Shown: positions 19,869 to 30,571 of the stretch, piece after piece
How the letters are laid out: each line of letters starts with the position of its first letter
Numbering within the stretch: the stretch's first letter is position 1
Notes under the pieces: model-generated
Seen by the model: only the letters and a program-made list of their open reading frames with translations
Told to the model about the DNA's origin: nothing
Database searches by the model: none
Position numbers and translations under genes: made by a program
From: Perkinsela sp. CCAP 1560/9
Lineage: Eukaryota; Protista; Euglenozoa: Kinetoplastea
DNA length: 64,000 bases
Assembly: GCA_965644495.1 (NCBI GenBank)
Contig: CBFFSA010000015.1
Coordinates: 248,001 to 312,000, forward strand
Reading direction: 5' to 3'

Positions 19869-21683
19869 TCATTCCATATCTGCAAACAAATCGTACATAT
19901 CACTCTGGTACACACCCGGAGAAAAGTCACCCCCTATACCGAACGACCCGCCGCATGATCCCCCCACAAACTGACAATAAATTTGCAGTAACGAATCCAG
20001 CACCTTGGATCGTATCTGGTCCCGTGCCTCACGGTACCGCTGCAGGTGATCCTCCGGACTTTCCATCGGCTGTCGTTTCAACAACTCCGGGATACCCCCA
20101 TACACCTCCCGCATCACTCTCTTCGCGGAGGTCTCCGTACCCCTTCCAGTGCCAACATTAAATACCGCAAACGCCTCGTTCTGTTCCTGACGAAGCGTTA
20201 AATCCTCCACCTCGGAAGCTACCAGGGGGGAGAACACGGCAGGCGGGGTCGCGAGCACCGAAGGGGGACTCCAGACTTTACCCCTCCCCCCCCCTCCTTC
20301 TCTCTCCCCTACACTCCGTGGGGTCGTACTCGACCCGGAGTGCAGCACGTCACGTATCCCGTGGGCGGGGCCGGGGCGGGCGGCCAGGGTTGCGTGGGTC
20401 CGGGACCCCGGAGTCAACCCACTGGCAGGTTGACGTGTTTTACTACGTTTGTTACGTACCGCTGAGTTGTAGAAGTTGTTGTTGGAGTTGTAGGCTCCGG
20501 TGTCACTGGAGGTTTCCGTAACCGTGTGACCCCGGGGGAGGGGGAGCTCATCGTTTTCCGATGACTGTGGGGAGACACTGGGGTAGGGTACACCCCAGGG
20601 AGAGCTGTAGCACGGGTCACTACGGGTTCTCCAGAACGTGCTCTGGGTGTTCACCGTGAGTCCGGTACGGGTGCGGTTGAGATACTCAAAGTGTTTCAAG
20701 GCACCGTTCTGGCCGTAGCAGTGTAGTGGACGCCAGGGGAGAAAATTCTTCACGCTGGCATAGGACAGCCACATGGGTTCCCCGTTGTAGTCGTCCTGGA
20801 AGGTACGTCGGTTCAGTGCCTCCGGGAGCTTGAGTTTTTCTTTGACTTGTTTGCGCACCAGTCGTGGGGTAACGGGGAGGGTGCGCTCGCGGTAGCTTCG
20901 GTGGCGGGCCGGGATGTGCGCCCAGGCGGCACAATAGTAGAGCTTCGGAGTGGGCATAGCCCAGTGTGCGGCAAGAGACCTTGACAACCAGTCCGCGTCC
21001 GATGCAAGGGAGGTGTAATCTAGCGACGAAGGTGATGACAGGGGAGGGTGATAAAGGGCTGGAGTTTTTTCGATGCTGGAGATGTCGCGTGGGGAGGATG
21101 GAAGGAACGCGGATAGGGGTGTTTCAGAGAGAGGTGAGCAAGCCAACATTTTAGAGGTACACGCAGGACTGTCTGTACGTACGCTCTTTAAAGTTAAAGA
21201 GTTGTTGTGGAACGAAAATATTTTCCGTGGTGCGCGGAGCATTTCAACTTTTTGTGCGAAACTTTCGCTATTCGAACAATCAGTAGAGTAAGGCGCCGAT
21301 TCAGAAATATTTTCAGAGGAGTATTCTTCAAAGCTGATAACGTAGTCAAAACGCTGACCGTTTTGAAAGAGGGTGCGGTTACTCTTGCTCATAAGAGAGG
21401 AATGTATGCCAACCTCTTCTAAGACAGTACGGGTGTTTGACTGCGGCCCGATTGTGTGGTGAATTCCGGCACTTGCAACCCAAAGTGGGGAGCTCGCTAG
21501 CAGTTTCTTGTCGATCTGATTGGAAACGTACGCTTCTTTCTGTAGAAGAAGACTGTCTGCATTGTGATCCACGTTTTTTGCAAAGGATGGATCTGAGAAT
21601 CTTTCCCAATAGTGACGAATAAATGCCTCCGTAATTAGTGTTCTGGCCGTGTTTGTTCGACCCAGTACTGCGACAGCTATCAT
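19869..21683 (-). CDS. LMW-PTP/ArsC-fold protein lacking the catalytic Cys, with a long central insertion
   Basis: VAVLGRTNTARTLITEA (P-loop, C replaced by G), WVASAG, VLEEVGI, FDYVISF; C-terminal YREARDQIRSKV helix. Confidence 0.7.
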   Translation of the reverse strand: MIAVAVLGRTNTARTLITEAFIRHYWERFSDPSFAKNVDHNADSLLLQKEAYVSNQIDKKLLASSPLWVASAGIHHTIGPQSNTRTVLEEVGIHSSLMSKSNRTLFQNGQRFDYVISFEEYSSENISESAPYSTDCSNSESFAQKVEMLRAPRKIFSFHNNSLTLKSVRTDSPACTSKMLACSPLSETPLSAFLPSSPRDISSIEKTPALYHPPLSSPSSLDYTSLASDADWLSRSLAAHWAMPTPKLYYCAAWAHIPARHRSYRERTLPVTPRLVRKQVKEKLKLPEALNRRTFQDDYNGEPMWLSYASVKNFLPWRPLHCYGQNGALKHFEYLNRTRTGLTVNTQSTFWRTRSDPCYSSPWGVPYPSVSPQSSENDELPLPRGHTVTETSSDTGAYNSNNNFYNSAVRNKRSKTRQPASGLTPGSRTHATLAARPGPAHGIRDVLHSGSSTTPRSVGEREGGGGRGKVWSPPSVLATPPAVFSPLVASEVEDLTLRQEQNEAFAVFNVGTGRGTETSAKRVMREVYGGIPELLKRQPMESPEDHLQRYREARDQIRSKVLDSLLQIYCQFVGGSCGGSFGIGGDFSPGVYQSDMYDLFADME

Positions 21684-22130
21684 CAATCTACAAAATTAAG
21701 AACAGAAATATAAGCCCGACGTTACTTGTTAATGTAGCAGCGGGGATATCATAGCGCATGTATCCAAATTTACTTTCTTGGGTTATAAATTACGAGTTGT
21801 AATTTAATAATTAAGTACTTTATGTTACAATTAAGTACTTTATGTACTTTAATAATTTACAAGTACTCTCTAAATTCGTGTATACGTGGAACATTGTAGC
21901 ATAGCTACAATAAAAGTACATTCCGTTGCATTACATTTGTTTAACGATAATGTAATCGTGTTGATAAATAAACATCAGTCTATGAATATACTATTAGAAC
22001 TATACATTATGCTTTTATATTAAAACTTCTGAACACCACTGAGATTTTTCGTACCTTATTATTACGTAAAGCGTTTTTTTGCGGTGAAACTCCATGTTCA
22101 AATCTTCTTGCCCAGGATACGGTGGTTGTT

Positions 22131-25100
22131 TTAATAAACTAGAGTTCCTTGTTCCTCGGGAAAGCTATTAATCTTTAGCGAAGTAAGTTTAGCCCGTAGC
22201 ATAACGAACCCATCAATCAGACTAAATAGCTTGGTATTCTCATGCAATGAAGAATGTTCCGTCGCATCAAAATGCTCTAGAAACGGCCATTCCTCTACTT
22301 GAGATTGACTGTTAGTAAGAATTTCAGGGTAGTCAAACACCAGAACTTTCCCCAGTGTACTTATCACATAAACGAATAGTGAATTCAGAGTATCGAATTC
22401 ATCTATTGGAATCGTACGAATCAGGTTAACTAGCTGTAGACATTGTTCAAGACGCGCCTTAGGAATGTGATTTTCATATTCCTCTTCGGCGGCATACATT
22501 TGTCTTAAAATGGAACACCATCGATCGATTGGGAGAAGCAGGTGATACATCTCACCAAAATCTGAGCTACTCAAAATAGAAAATCGAGAATTGGACAGTT
22601 CATTGACTTCTGCACCAGTCATGGTTGAAAACTCTTCGAAAGAACCGTCCCCGAAAGGCTCTGAAATAGTTTGTTTTGTGAGTTCATGAAGAGGCAATGT
22701 ATGATGCTCCTTCAAAAGGAATTCTACCTTTGATTCGGTAGTTTCCACCGTGAAGTCTAGATCTCCAACAAGCTTCAATAAAAATTCAGTTGCTTCGTCT
22801 CGATCAATGTTGTTTTCCGTGTATTCAGAAGTGATGTTGTTGTGTAAAATATCATTCTCATTCAAGCATTGTACCGCTGAGGATTCGCTGTATATGCCGC
22901 TATCCTTCGTCGCCCCACCCAAAAATTGGGCGAATCGCTCAAGTGCAAATTGCGCAAGGCGAAGCCATAATAATACGGGCAACAGGAAGAGTAGCCTTCC
23001 AATTCTTTCATCTTTGGGATTGTTGAAAGGTGTTTTCGTCAACTCATCCAAGCTCACTACTTGTGGCAATTGCCTCAACACGGACTCGACGTGACACACT
23101 AAAAATTCCTTTAGATTATCAAGAACGACTTGTGGAGGAGAAGCCACCGCTGATGTAGAAAATTCTTCAATACTGCCGATACGGGTGAACGAAAGACCGT
23201 CATCTCCACTTTCTGTCGTCAGTTCAGGAATAGGTGAGTGTATCTCGTTATTGAAATCTGTGCCAACCATCGATCGATCATCTACCAAGTTCTCTGTGCG
23301 CTCAGTACCTACAGGATCCGTGTCGTCTTCACTGTCAGAAAGCTCTAGCGAGAGTGCGGAACACATTGTCTGTGCCAAGGGATCAAAATCTTCATTTCTG
23401 AATTTATGAGTTAAGTTCGTCGATCTTTCGTGGTTCGAATTCGCTTGATTTTTGTAGCAATGAAACCACTCATGAAGAGGACGAATCAGAGAAAGCAGCT
23501 CTGGATCAAGCGGATTATCAGTACTTTGGTTTCCTAAAGTACTTTTACTTATATTCGTGTTCGTATATGCAGAGGTTAAAGTGTCAAAGCATTGTGTGTT
23601 GAATGTAGAAGTTTTGTCCTTCTTACTTTCTTCGAAATGGCTGTCGCCCCACTGAGTCCCAACCGTAATTGCGGCTTTAGGTAATTGTTCTACATTTTGA
23701 TTTCGGTCATATATAGTCAACAAATCTTCCTTTGTGTCTGTCTGAATTGAAACATCTTGACTATTGGTACACACCTGAAGTTGCATAGATGAGGTCTCAA
23801 AGCTCTTTTTGCAAAATGATGCCTTTACCAGTTCGTATAACGTTTGAGCTGTTAGCGCTGCTTCGGAAGTTGAAAAAGAATCTGGTGGTAACGGGAGACA
23901 CTGAAAGTTATCATGGTCACAATGATTATCTTCGACAAAATTTTGAATTTCACTTTGTTTAGATCTGGAGTCAAGAAGGTCTCGCAATATTTGACTGTAT
24001 TCATGAAGAATCAGCATATCCAGGAGAGCAACTTTATCCGCCGTCGAATTAGTGTTCTGTAGGAGTGTACTGTCTTTGTGCTTGGTAATAAGTTCTGTAT
24101 TTGAAGACGATTGCCTTGACATTGGAATAATTTTGGCTGTAGAATGTGTGCTGAGAAACAAATCTAGCTTGTCCTCGATCCGACTAAGGCACTCAACACA
24201 ACCATCTTGCATGAGCGATATATCGCTAACTGGTTTCACAGTGGATAAAGCTCCTTCATGATTCACAGATGCTGTGAAAGATTCATCAACGTCTATTACG
24301 CTCCTAGATACCGAAGTTTCATCACAAGACCTTGTTTCAACTGTAGTCGATTCTATTTTAACAGGTGAATGACTTTTATCTTCAGTTTCCTTCGCACTAT
24401 TTAGATCCAATTTGTGCATCAAAAGAAACGTCTGAACGTTTTCACCATGTAAAAACGAATCAGTTACCTCGGAATTAGTCGTGCTATTCATCTCAACGAT
24501 TTCATTCTCGCTTGCAAACAAAAGTTTAGAAAATTTAGAAGAATTTTGAGCTTCAATAACGGACGAATCAGGAAGAGGAATGAGTTGGATTGATTCAAAA
24601 CTTGGTGGAGGAGGAATCAAGGCTCGAAGTGAAGATGACGCACTATGCCTTTGTTCAGCAACCTTTAAAGATGGTTGCACTACGCAAGCAAATGTCGTAG
24701 AATCTTGTTTTACTGAAGCGTGTGATGACATACTATCAAGACCTGACAATGCCGTGGCTTCCTTGGAATGCTTTTCATTGACCGGTGCTGGATTAGGAGA
24801 ATGGTCGGTAGAGTTGGTAGTTTTAGAGTCTTCATGTTCTTTCAAGGACGATGCACACTGCTCTTGCTGTGGTTTTTCGTGGTAAATATGATCTTTCAGA
24901 AAACTATGGCTGTCTACAGCTTCACCCGGAAGCGACATGATTTGAAAACGTGTCAAGTGCGCCGATGCTTGGCTTAGTCCAACGAGATGTAATGCGCAGT
25001 CCCCCACGGAGAGAACATCACGATATGGCTTCACAGTGGCAACTACTGTAGCATCAAATATTTCAGGACTATTCGTTACAAAAATAACGCATGAACCATT

Positions 25101-26219
25101 TGGGCACATCTGTCCGCTAGATAGTATTGAACGTTCCTTTGATCTTGATGTAATCGAAGGCGACAGTATAAGAAAAACACCTTGAGAATTCCCGCATATT
25201 TTTTCTGATCCGTACCCCGGCCAACGATCAAGTAGCTCACCATGAGTGGCGTCCCAACAATAGGTTGTTTCCTGAGTGCTACTCCAAAACCGTCGAGTTT
25301 TTGCCTCGAAATACATAGCCACAGTACGAGGAGCATATCCAGGGGCGGAAATCACGCGACACAATTGTCCTTCGGCACCCCAGGCCATCAGACTTCCATC
25401 ATGTCCTGCTGACCAGACTTGTTGTTCGGTAGAAACGTAATGCAGAAGTTCCGGTTCAAATCGAGTCTCAATTTTACGAAAGCATTTGCGAAATTTCGTA
25501 TCCCAGAGACGAAGTGTGCGATCCCTTCCTCCAGTCCAAACGTGCAACGATCTCCCCTTTACATGCCCTTGACCACGAAAAGAATAATTAGCAGAGGTAA
25601 TGGCTGAGACTGCAAAGCGATGAGCGTTGCACGACTCGATAAGTGCACAATTTTGTGCCCCCCAAACAGTAACGGACCCACTGCGCATTCCGCACCATAT
25701 TTCAGATGAACGCTCTTTTCCCGTGTCTTCTGTGTATAGAGAAGTTCCCGTTGCATGTTCTTTGTAGCATACAATGCAAGCAACCAGAACGACATCCTTC
25801 AGACGAGGAAGAGCATTGTGATCAACCTTTGGTGCTGCGTGGTGTGGTAATTTCATAATTTCTTCTGTTTGATTTACGGAAAAGCATTGCAACTTACCAT
25901 TCCGACCGGTTGCCCAGAAACAATTAAGGGAACTACAGAGGAGAGTAGTGACGTCTGACCCAGCGGAAATAGGACAAGAACAGATCTCGGAGACAGGAGT
26001 CACTGGTTCTTCTGTTGCACCTATACTACGCAAAACTCTTTTATCCCCATGTTTCAGTTGTGCGTTGTCATTCAAGCCAACAAAAGTTTTTTTTGAGTGG
26101 GGTATGCCGTCAGTGAAAGAATTTTCGTCCTTGACTGTTGATTCATTCATCACACTATTAGGACCGAGTCCCCACCCACCACCAGTACATACACCATCAA
26201 GAGGAAGTGAAGGAATCAT
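22131..26219 (-). CDS. Large protein with N-terminal WD40 repeats
   Basis: IWCGMRSGSVTVW, VWTGGRDRTLRLWD, VWSAGHDGSLMAW; first ATG at 26219. Confidence 0.8.
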   Translation of the reverse strand: MIPSLPLDGVCTGGGWGLGPNSVMNESTVKDENSFTDGIPHSKKTFVGLNDNAQLKHGDKRVLRSIGATEEPVTPVSEICSCPISAGSDVTTLLCSSLNCFWATGRNGKLQCFSVNQTEEIMKLPHHAAPKVDHNALPRLKDVVLVACIVCYKEHATGTSLYTEDTGKERSSEIWCGMRSGSVTVWGAQNCALIESCNAHRFAVSAITSANYSFRGQGHVKGRSLHVWTGGRDRTLRLWDTKFRKCFRKIETRFEPELLHYVSTEQQVWSAGHDGSLMAWGAEGQLCRVISAPGYAPRTVAMYFEAKTRRFWSSTQETTYCWDATHGELLDRWPGYGSEKICGNSQGVFLILSPSITSRSKERSILSSGQMCPNGSCVIFVTNSPEIFDATVVATVKPYRDVLSVGDCALHLVGLSQASAHLTRFQIMSLPGEAVDSHSFLKDHIYHEKPQQEQCASSLKEHEDSKTTNSTDHSPNPAPVNEKHSKEATALSGLDSMSSHASVKQDSTTFACVVQPSLKVAEQRHSASSSLRALIPPPPSFESIQLIPLPDSSVIEAQNSSKFSKLLFASENEIVEMNSTTNSEVTDSFLHGENVQTFLLMHKLDLNSAKETEDKSHSPVKIESTTVETRSCDETSVSRSVIDVDESFTASVNHEGALSTVKPVSDISLMQDGCVECLSRIEDKLDLFLSTHSTAKIIPMSRQSSSNTELITKHKDSTLLQNTNSTADKVALLDMLILHEYSQILRDLLDSRSKQSEIQNFVEDNHCDHDNFQCLPLPPDSFSTSEAALTAQTLYELVKASFCKKSFETSSMQLQVCTNSQDVSIQTDTKEDLLTIYDRNQNVEQLPKAAITVGTQWGDSHFEESKKDKTSTFNTQCFDTLTSAYTNTNISKSTLGNQSTDNPLDPELLSLIRPLHEWFHCYKNQANSNHERSTNLTHKFRNEDFDPLAQTMCSALSLELSDSEDDTDPVGTERTENLVDDRSMVGTDFNNEIHSPIPELTTESGDDGLSFTRIGSIEEFSTSAVASPPQVVLDNLKEFLVCHVESVLRQLPQVVSLDELTKTPFNNPKDERIGRLLFLLPVLLWLRLAQFALERFAQFLGGATKDSGIYSESSAVQCLNENDILHNNITSEYTENNIDRDEATEFLLKLVGDLDFTVETTESKVEFLLKEHHTLPLHELTKQTISEPFGDGSFEEFSTMTGAEVNELSNSRFSILSSSDFGEMYHLLLPIDRWCSILRQMYAAEEEYENHIPKARLEQCLQLVNLIRTIPIDEFDTLNSLFVYVISTLGKVLVFDYPEILTNSQSQVEEWPFLEHFDATEHSSLHENTKLFSLIDGFVMLRAKLTSLKINSFPEEQGTLVY

Positions 26220-26756
26220 CGATGCAAGGCTTCGACGTGGTTCACAAGGAATAGAGAATTTCACGCAGACTCAAAAAGAGGTATTTCCGTCCGTTTATTG
26301 ACATAAAACGTAGTTCCAAAATAATAAAGATTTATTTTCTGAGTTAAAAAATGATACTTACAAGAATACAATTAGCACCAATAAGGAACAGAAGCTTTAC
26401 AAAACATAAAGTGTATTTGACTGCCGAAGACGATATCTTGACATTCTTTCGTAGTATGTATAAAAAAGTGATTCTATAAATCAGTAGAGCACAAATTTAT
26501 CAGCCGAAGGTGTGCTCTGATGATTTCCTTAAAATCCTTCTTCAGTGCATCATAAGCTTCACATTACTACTCCCTTTCATGTCGCCATGGTAGCTGCTTC
26601 GTCAAAAAGAGGTGGCTGTTGGTAAACTGGGCTTCGTAAATTTCTTCCCACTAACGACGTCGCGTATGGCTCAGGCCCGCTCACGCGGACCCTCGCCATA
26701 CCACCACCTCCGGCTTTGCATATTGCTTCCCACTAAGGACGCCTTTTATGCAAAAT

Positions 26757-26830
26757 TACGGGCACCGGGTTCGAACCAGCGACCAACGCAAGTACTAATG
26801 TGTGGTATGTTCCACTGGACCAATCCGTCC
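26757..26830 (-). pseudogene. tRNA-like element
   Basis: Minus strand tggtccagtgg (A box) and ggttcgaaccc (B box), then TTTT; arms degenerate. Confidence 0.55.
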
Positions 26831-26889
26831 AGATATCGTGGAGCCATGCTTCTCGGCTCCTTCCTATGCAGCCATACGAATTTTTTTTT

Positions 26890-26952
26890 AGTGGGAATCG
26901 AACCCAACCACTTTAGATAGAGTCACTGGGCCTAACGACTAGGCTAATCACA
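26890..26952 (-). pseudogene. tRNA-like element followed by an A tract
   Basis: Minus strand tagcctagtcgtt (A-box-like) and gggttcgattccc (B box). Confidence 0.5.
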
Positions 26953-27587
26953 CCCCATGGCCAAAATGAAGGATTCCTAGCATGCCCTTTATCGACCATA
27001 CCCCCTTTTTTTAAGAATTTCTCACCTGCCTCACCTCACCCTGCACACAATAGAAAAGAAAGAGGCAGAGTAAACTTTAGCCTCCCATTTAAGAAGCCAC
27101 CTCGTTTTCCGTGAAAAGTGCGCTTAAATGGAGGGGCTTAAATATTCAAAAGAAAGGGCAACCTCTATTTTTTTGTTGAAGAAACGTAAGAACTACCGAA
27201 AAAGAGTTTTTTTTGGTGCACATGAACCTTTGTAAATTCATAAAAACGAGAAAATTTCTCGCCGCCCGAACTTATAAAAAGTTATGAAAGTGGGAGTACT
27301 TCTAATTGCGGTGGTCGTATGTCTACAGCTCTACCCTCGATTACTGGAAAAAAGTGTAGTAAGCTGATTGCTATTCCGCAATACAATGGGAGTCTGAACT
27401 TCCAACCTTAATTTCGGTATCAAACCAATTAATGCACACCAATTAATGCACACTTTTTGAAAAAAAAACAAGACCAAGAGGAATGTACATGTAATTACTC
27501 GGCGATATTCCCAAAGAGGCATTACCAAGTAATTGATTCTATGACCATGAAGAAAGCAATTTTTGAAACACAAATAAGATATATTTC

Positions 27588-28124
27588 TCATACTTCGATA
27601 TTTGTTTTCTTTCCGGGAGTGATACGCATCTTTAATGCAGGCTTTTTCTTTACCACGTCAGTCACTGCGGCGCGAATTGTCTCTTCTGCTAGCATGGAGC
27701 AGTGCAATTTCACGGGAGGCAGAGACAACTCAGCGGCAATCTCCCTGTTCGTGATTGACAGGGCATCCTCAATTTTCATTCCAATAATTTTTTCTGTAGC
27801 CAGCGAGCTTGAGGCCATGGCGGAACCGCACCCAAATGTTTTAAATGTAGCATTAGTAATGGTCCCATCGTCATCTACCTTGACTTGCATTTGCATCAAA
27901 TCCCCACATTCGGGGGCTCCGCATAGACCTGTGCCCACGTCCGGTGAAGATTTGTCCATGTTGCCAACGTTGCGCGGGTGAGCATAGTGATCTATAACCT
28001 TTTCACTGTACTTCGTTCGTGTGGGGGTAATATACAGTCGACGATGTATGGCAGCGGACGCGGAAACAGAAAACCGAAACGAGCGCCTAGCGGCGAGAGA
28101 GAACTGCCCTACGCAACGTCTCAT
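27588..28124 (-). CDS. ISU1: Mitochondrial Fe-S cluster scaffold IscU/Isu
   Basis: YSEKVIDHY..PRNVG, GAPECGD, FKTFGCGSA, LPPVKLHCSMLAE; Arg-rich presequence. Confidence 0.97.
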   Translation of the reverse strand: MRRCVGQFSLAARRSFRFSVSASAAIHRRLYITPTRTKYSEKVIDHYAHPRNVGNMDKSSPDVGTGLCGAPECGDLMQMQVKVDDDGTITNATFKTFGCGSAMASSSLATEKIIGMKIEDALSITNREIAAELSLPPVKLHCSMLAEETIRAAVTDVVKKKPALKMRITPGKKTNIEV

Positions 28125-28319
28125 AAAAACTTAAATAAAGCAAATGATCTACGTGTATTATGGTTCAATAGAAAACGTTGTATTTACGACCTGTATATCC
28201 AGTACGTAATAACCAAAGAATTTCCAGATTCCAAATGAGATACTCGTTCTCGACACAATCAACGCCTCAAGCAGGAGCCGAAAACTATACAATAACACAA
28301 CACACGCAAGAAAGAACTA

Positions 28320-29312
28320 CTAAAACGGGCGGTGAAAACTGTACATCATACCCTGGCCCGTAAGCCACGTGTTTTTCATCCTTAAATCCTGGACGTGGGC
28401 GACGTAATCCCGGCTGTCGGCGTATCGTGGCATCAGTCCCTCTGTCACCCAATACCTCGGGGCCCTGTCAGAGGTGAGATCGGGTCGCTGACCGGAGCCC
28501 TGGCAGTCGATCGTGAGCCCTTCATCCAGCACCGACATCTCTGAGATAACCTCGTGGGTACGAAGGGCACGAAAAGAGTTGGGGGGAATTTGTGGCACCG
28601 CCACCCCGGCTGGGGGTGTGAGATTGTAAGGGGGAATAAAAGGCATCACCTTACCCGGAGGGGTAGGCGGCACGGCACGGGACACGGAGTCTGGGGCGCG
28701 AGAGGCGCTGTCTCGGTGTTCACGCCGGAGATTACGCATCGCACGCTCCACCTCACGACGGAACTCGTCCGCCTCGAATCCATAGACCCCGCGGGTGGGG
28801 GCACCGCGACGGAGCGCGGCGTGCATGTCCAGAATCACGTGGTGAGGTTCGCGACCCATAAACGCACGACGGAAGATATCCGCTGAGCGGCGGGTAGAGA
28901 CCCGCGAGGGGCGGGGGGAAGAGGGAGTCTCGGCGCCGAATGAGACTCCTGGGGAGGTCCCCGTGGGACTCTGCTTGCGATAGTATACGTGAAAGGCCTT
29001 GTATACGTTATATCGGTGCCAGATTGACTCCTCGCTGACGGTTGAGTCGTGTGACGGATCAGGTGTGGAGGCCGTAGTGGTCGGGGGAGGCGCGAAACGC
29101 TGTCGAGCCTTATTGTATCGCGACCTCTCCCGTGTATTTCGAAGACACTGATAGGCCTCTGTGACGGCACGAAAACAACGTTCCGAATCCTCTTTTTCTG
29201 ATGGGGAGGCAAGGTCAGGGTGACTCTGAAGCGCAATGCGGCGGTAGGCCACTTTGATTTCCTCTCCAGTGGCCTCCGGTTTCACTCCAAGTCGGTCATA
29301 GTAGTCTGTCAT
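28320..29312 (-). CDS. J-domain (DnaJ) protein
   Basis: DYYDRLGV...IKVAYRRIALQSHPD...FRAVTEAYQCL...R..Y. Start uncertain (frame open to 29399; another ATG at 29372). Confidence 0.9.
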   Translation of the reverse strand: MTDYYDRLGVKPEATGEEIKVAYRRIALQSHPDLASPSEKEDSERCFRAVTEAYQCLRNTRERSRYNKARQRFAPPPTTTASTPDPSHDSTVSEESIWHRYNVYKAFHVYYRKQSPTGTSPGVSFGAETPSSPRPSRVSTRRSADIFRRAFMGREPHHVILDMHAALRRGAPTRGVYGFEADEFRREVERAMRNLRREHRDSASRAPDSVSRAVPPTPPGKVMPFIPPYNLTPPAGVAVPQIPPNSFRALRTHEVISEMSVLDEGLTIDCQGSGQRPDLTSDRAPRYWVTEGLMPRYADSRDYVAHVQDLRMKNTWLTGQGMMYSFHRPF

Positions 29313-29519
29313 GTTGTACAGAGCTAGATGCGAGGCGTCAGCCGTGCGAAGACCTCGGGAAGCAAAAAGCATATAAAGGTAAGAAGAAGAATGAATCACC
29401 CTAAGCTCAGTTATTGTAATCTTCGCTCAAAAATTAACGAAGTAAAAATGAATAGAAATTTAACTACTGCGATATCAAGTAGTGCAGTAATTAATTTTTA
29501 AATACTACCCGTGTTGTCT

Positions 29520-29792
29520 TTATAGACGAAAAAATATTTGGTACAAAGGATACAAAAGAAAGAATACGAAGGCAACAAAGGAAAACGGCTCCGCGTCAAG
29601 AAGTACGTTGGACACCAAGATGCCAAGTTTGCCTTTTAGAGGGGTATATGAAGCTGAACACTCCTGTACAATGGCGTAAACTCCACTGTGAGAATCTCTT
29701 GAAGCCGTGAAAGCTCTAAGAAATGTCTTGTAAGCTTGTGTTGTCATTGAAAGTACCATAAAAATCGACGCCATCGAGAAAGTAACTCTCAT
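29520..29792 (-). CDS. Possible small membrane protein
   Basis: ATG-started 90 aa ORF on the coding strand with hydrophobic ends; no recognised family. Confidence 0.35.
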   Translation of the reverse strand: MRVTFSMASIFMVLSMTTQAYKTFLRAFTASRDSHSGVYAIVQECSASYTPLKGKLGILVSNVLLDAEPFSFVAFVFFLLYPLYQIFFRL

Positions 29793-29812
29793 TTACTCCC
29801 CAGTTGCCAAAT

Positions 29813-30571
29813 TTACATCATGCGGCCTCCAATACTCTTCCAATCTAATTCGAATGATGTCTTCTTTCCAAAAATCTTTTTGTACACCTTTCTTTTCGAC
29901 ACCCTCTTTTTTATTACTTTTTCAGTTGCACCTGCTCTTAAATCTGATTTTACCGACCTTAAGTTCCGACGAAATCTGGTGTTCTTTTTTCTCAGAAGAA
30001 ACTTTTTTCTTGATTTTGAAACGATGTTAGGTATCTTGGAATTTTGGCATAATCGTATACATTTGGGCTTTCTCACTATTTTTCTTGGCCTTCCACTCTT
30101 TTTTGGTGATGTTGGAACGATGATAGGTGTCTCGGAATTTCGACTTGGTTGTCCATATTTAAGCTCTTTAAATATTTTTCTTGGTCTTCCCCTCTTCGCC
30201 TTTGGAAGTTCTGTTACGTACTGCTTTTTGAAGGACATCGATTTGTTTTCTGACCCTATTCTTTCGTGCACTTTCTTTCCTTCCTTTTTTTGGCGATTTT
30301 GGCGATCACATTTCACCGTTTTTTTCCCTAGTGGGGGAGCGTTATTTTCAGTACGAGTGGCAGATCTCTTGATTTTTCTTTGAATTCTAAACCCGTTGAA
30401 CAGATGCTGGATGGACATGTGAGCACGTAGTGCTAGTGAGGAGTCTGGGCCTTGTTCCGCTAGCTGTGAAATTTGTTGCAGCATAGATTTTCCATGTTCC
30501 TTTTGTTGAAATTCCGGATGGTAGGTACCTTTGGATACCAAGCGTAGTTGCATTACTGCTCGTCGTAACAT
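29813..30571 (-). CDS. Basic, probably mitochondrial protein with two AT-hooks
   Basis: MLRR presequence-like start; KRGRPRK and KSGRPRK within a duplicated ~29 aa unit; very K/R-rich. Confidence 0.7.
   Translation of the reverse strand: MLRRAVMQLRLVSKGTYHPEFQQKEHGKSMLQQISQLAEQGPDSSLALRAHMSIQHLFNGFRIQRKIKRSATRTENNAPPLGKKTVKCDRQNRQKKEGKKVHERIGSENKSMSFKKQYVTELPKAKRGRPRKIFKELKYGQPSRNSETPIIVPTSPKKSGRPRKIVRKPKCIRLCQNSKIPNIVSKSRKKFLLRKKNTRFRRNLRSVKSDLRAGATEKVIKKRVSKRKVYKKIFGKKTSFELDWKSIGGRMM

Noticed and set aside
26440-26560. C/D or H/ACA-like snoRNA on the minus strand
   Set aside because: Box C is imperfect (ATGATGC) and I could not verify any rRNA complementarity.
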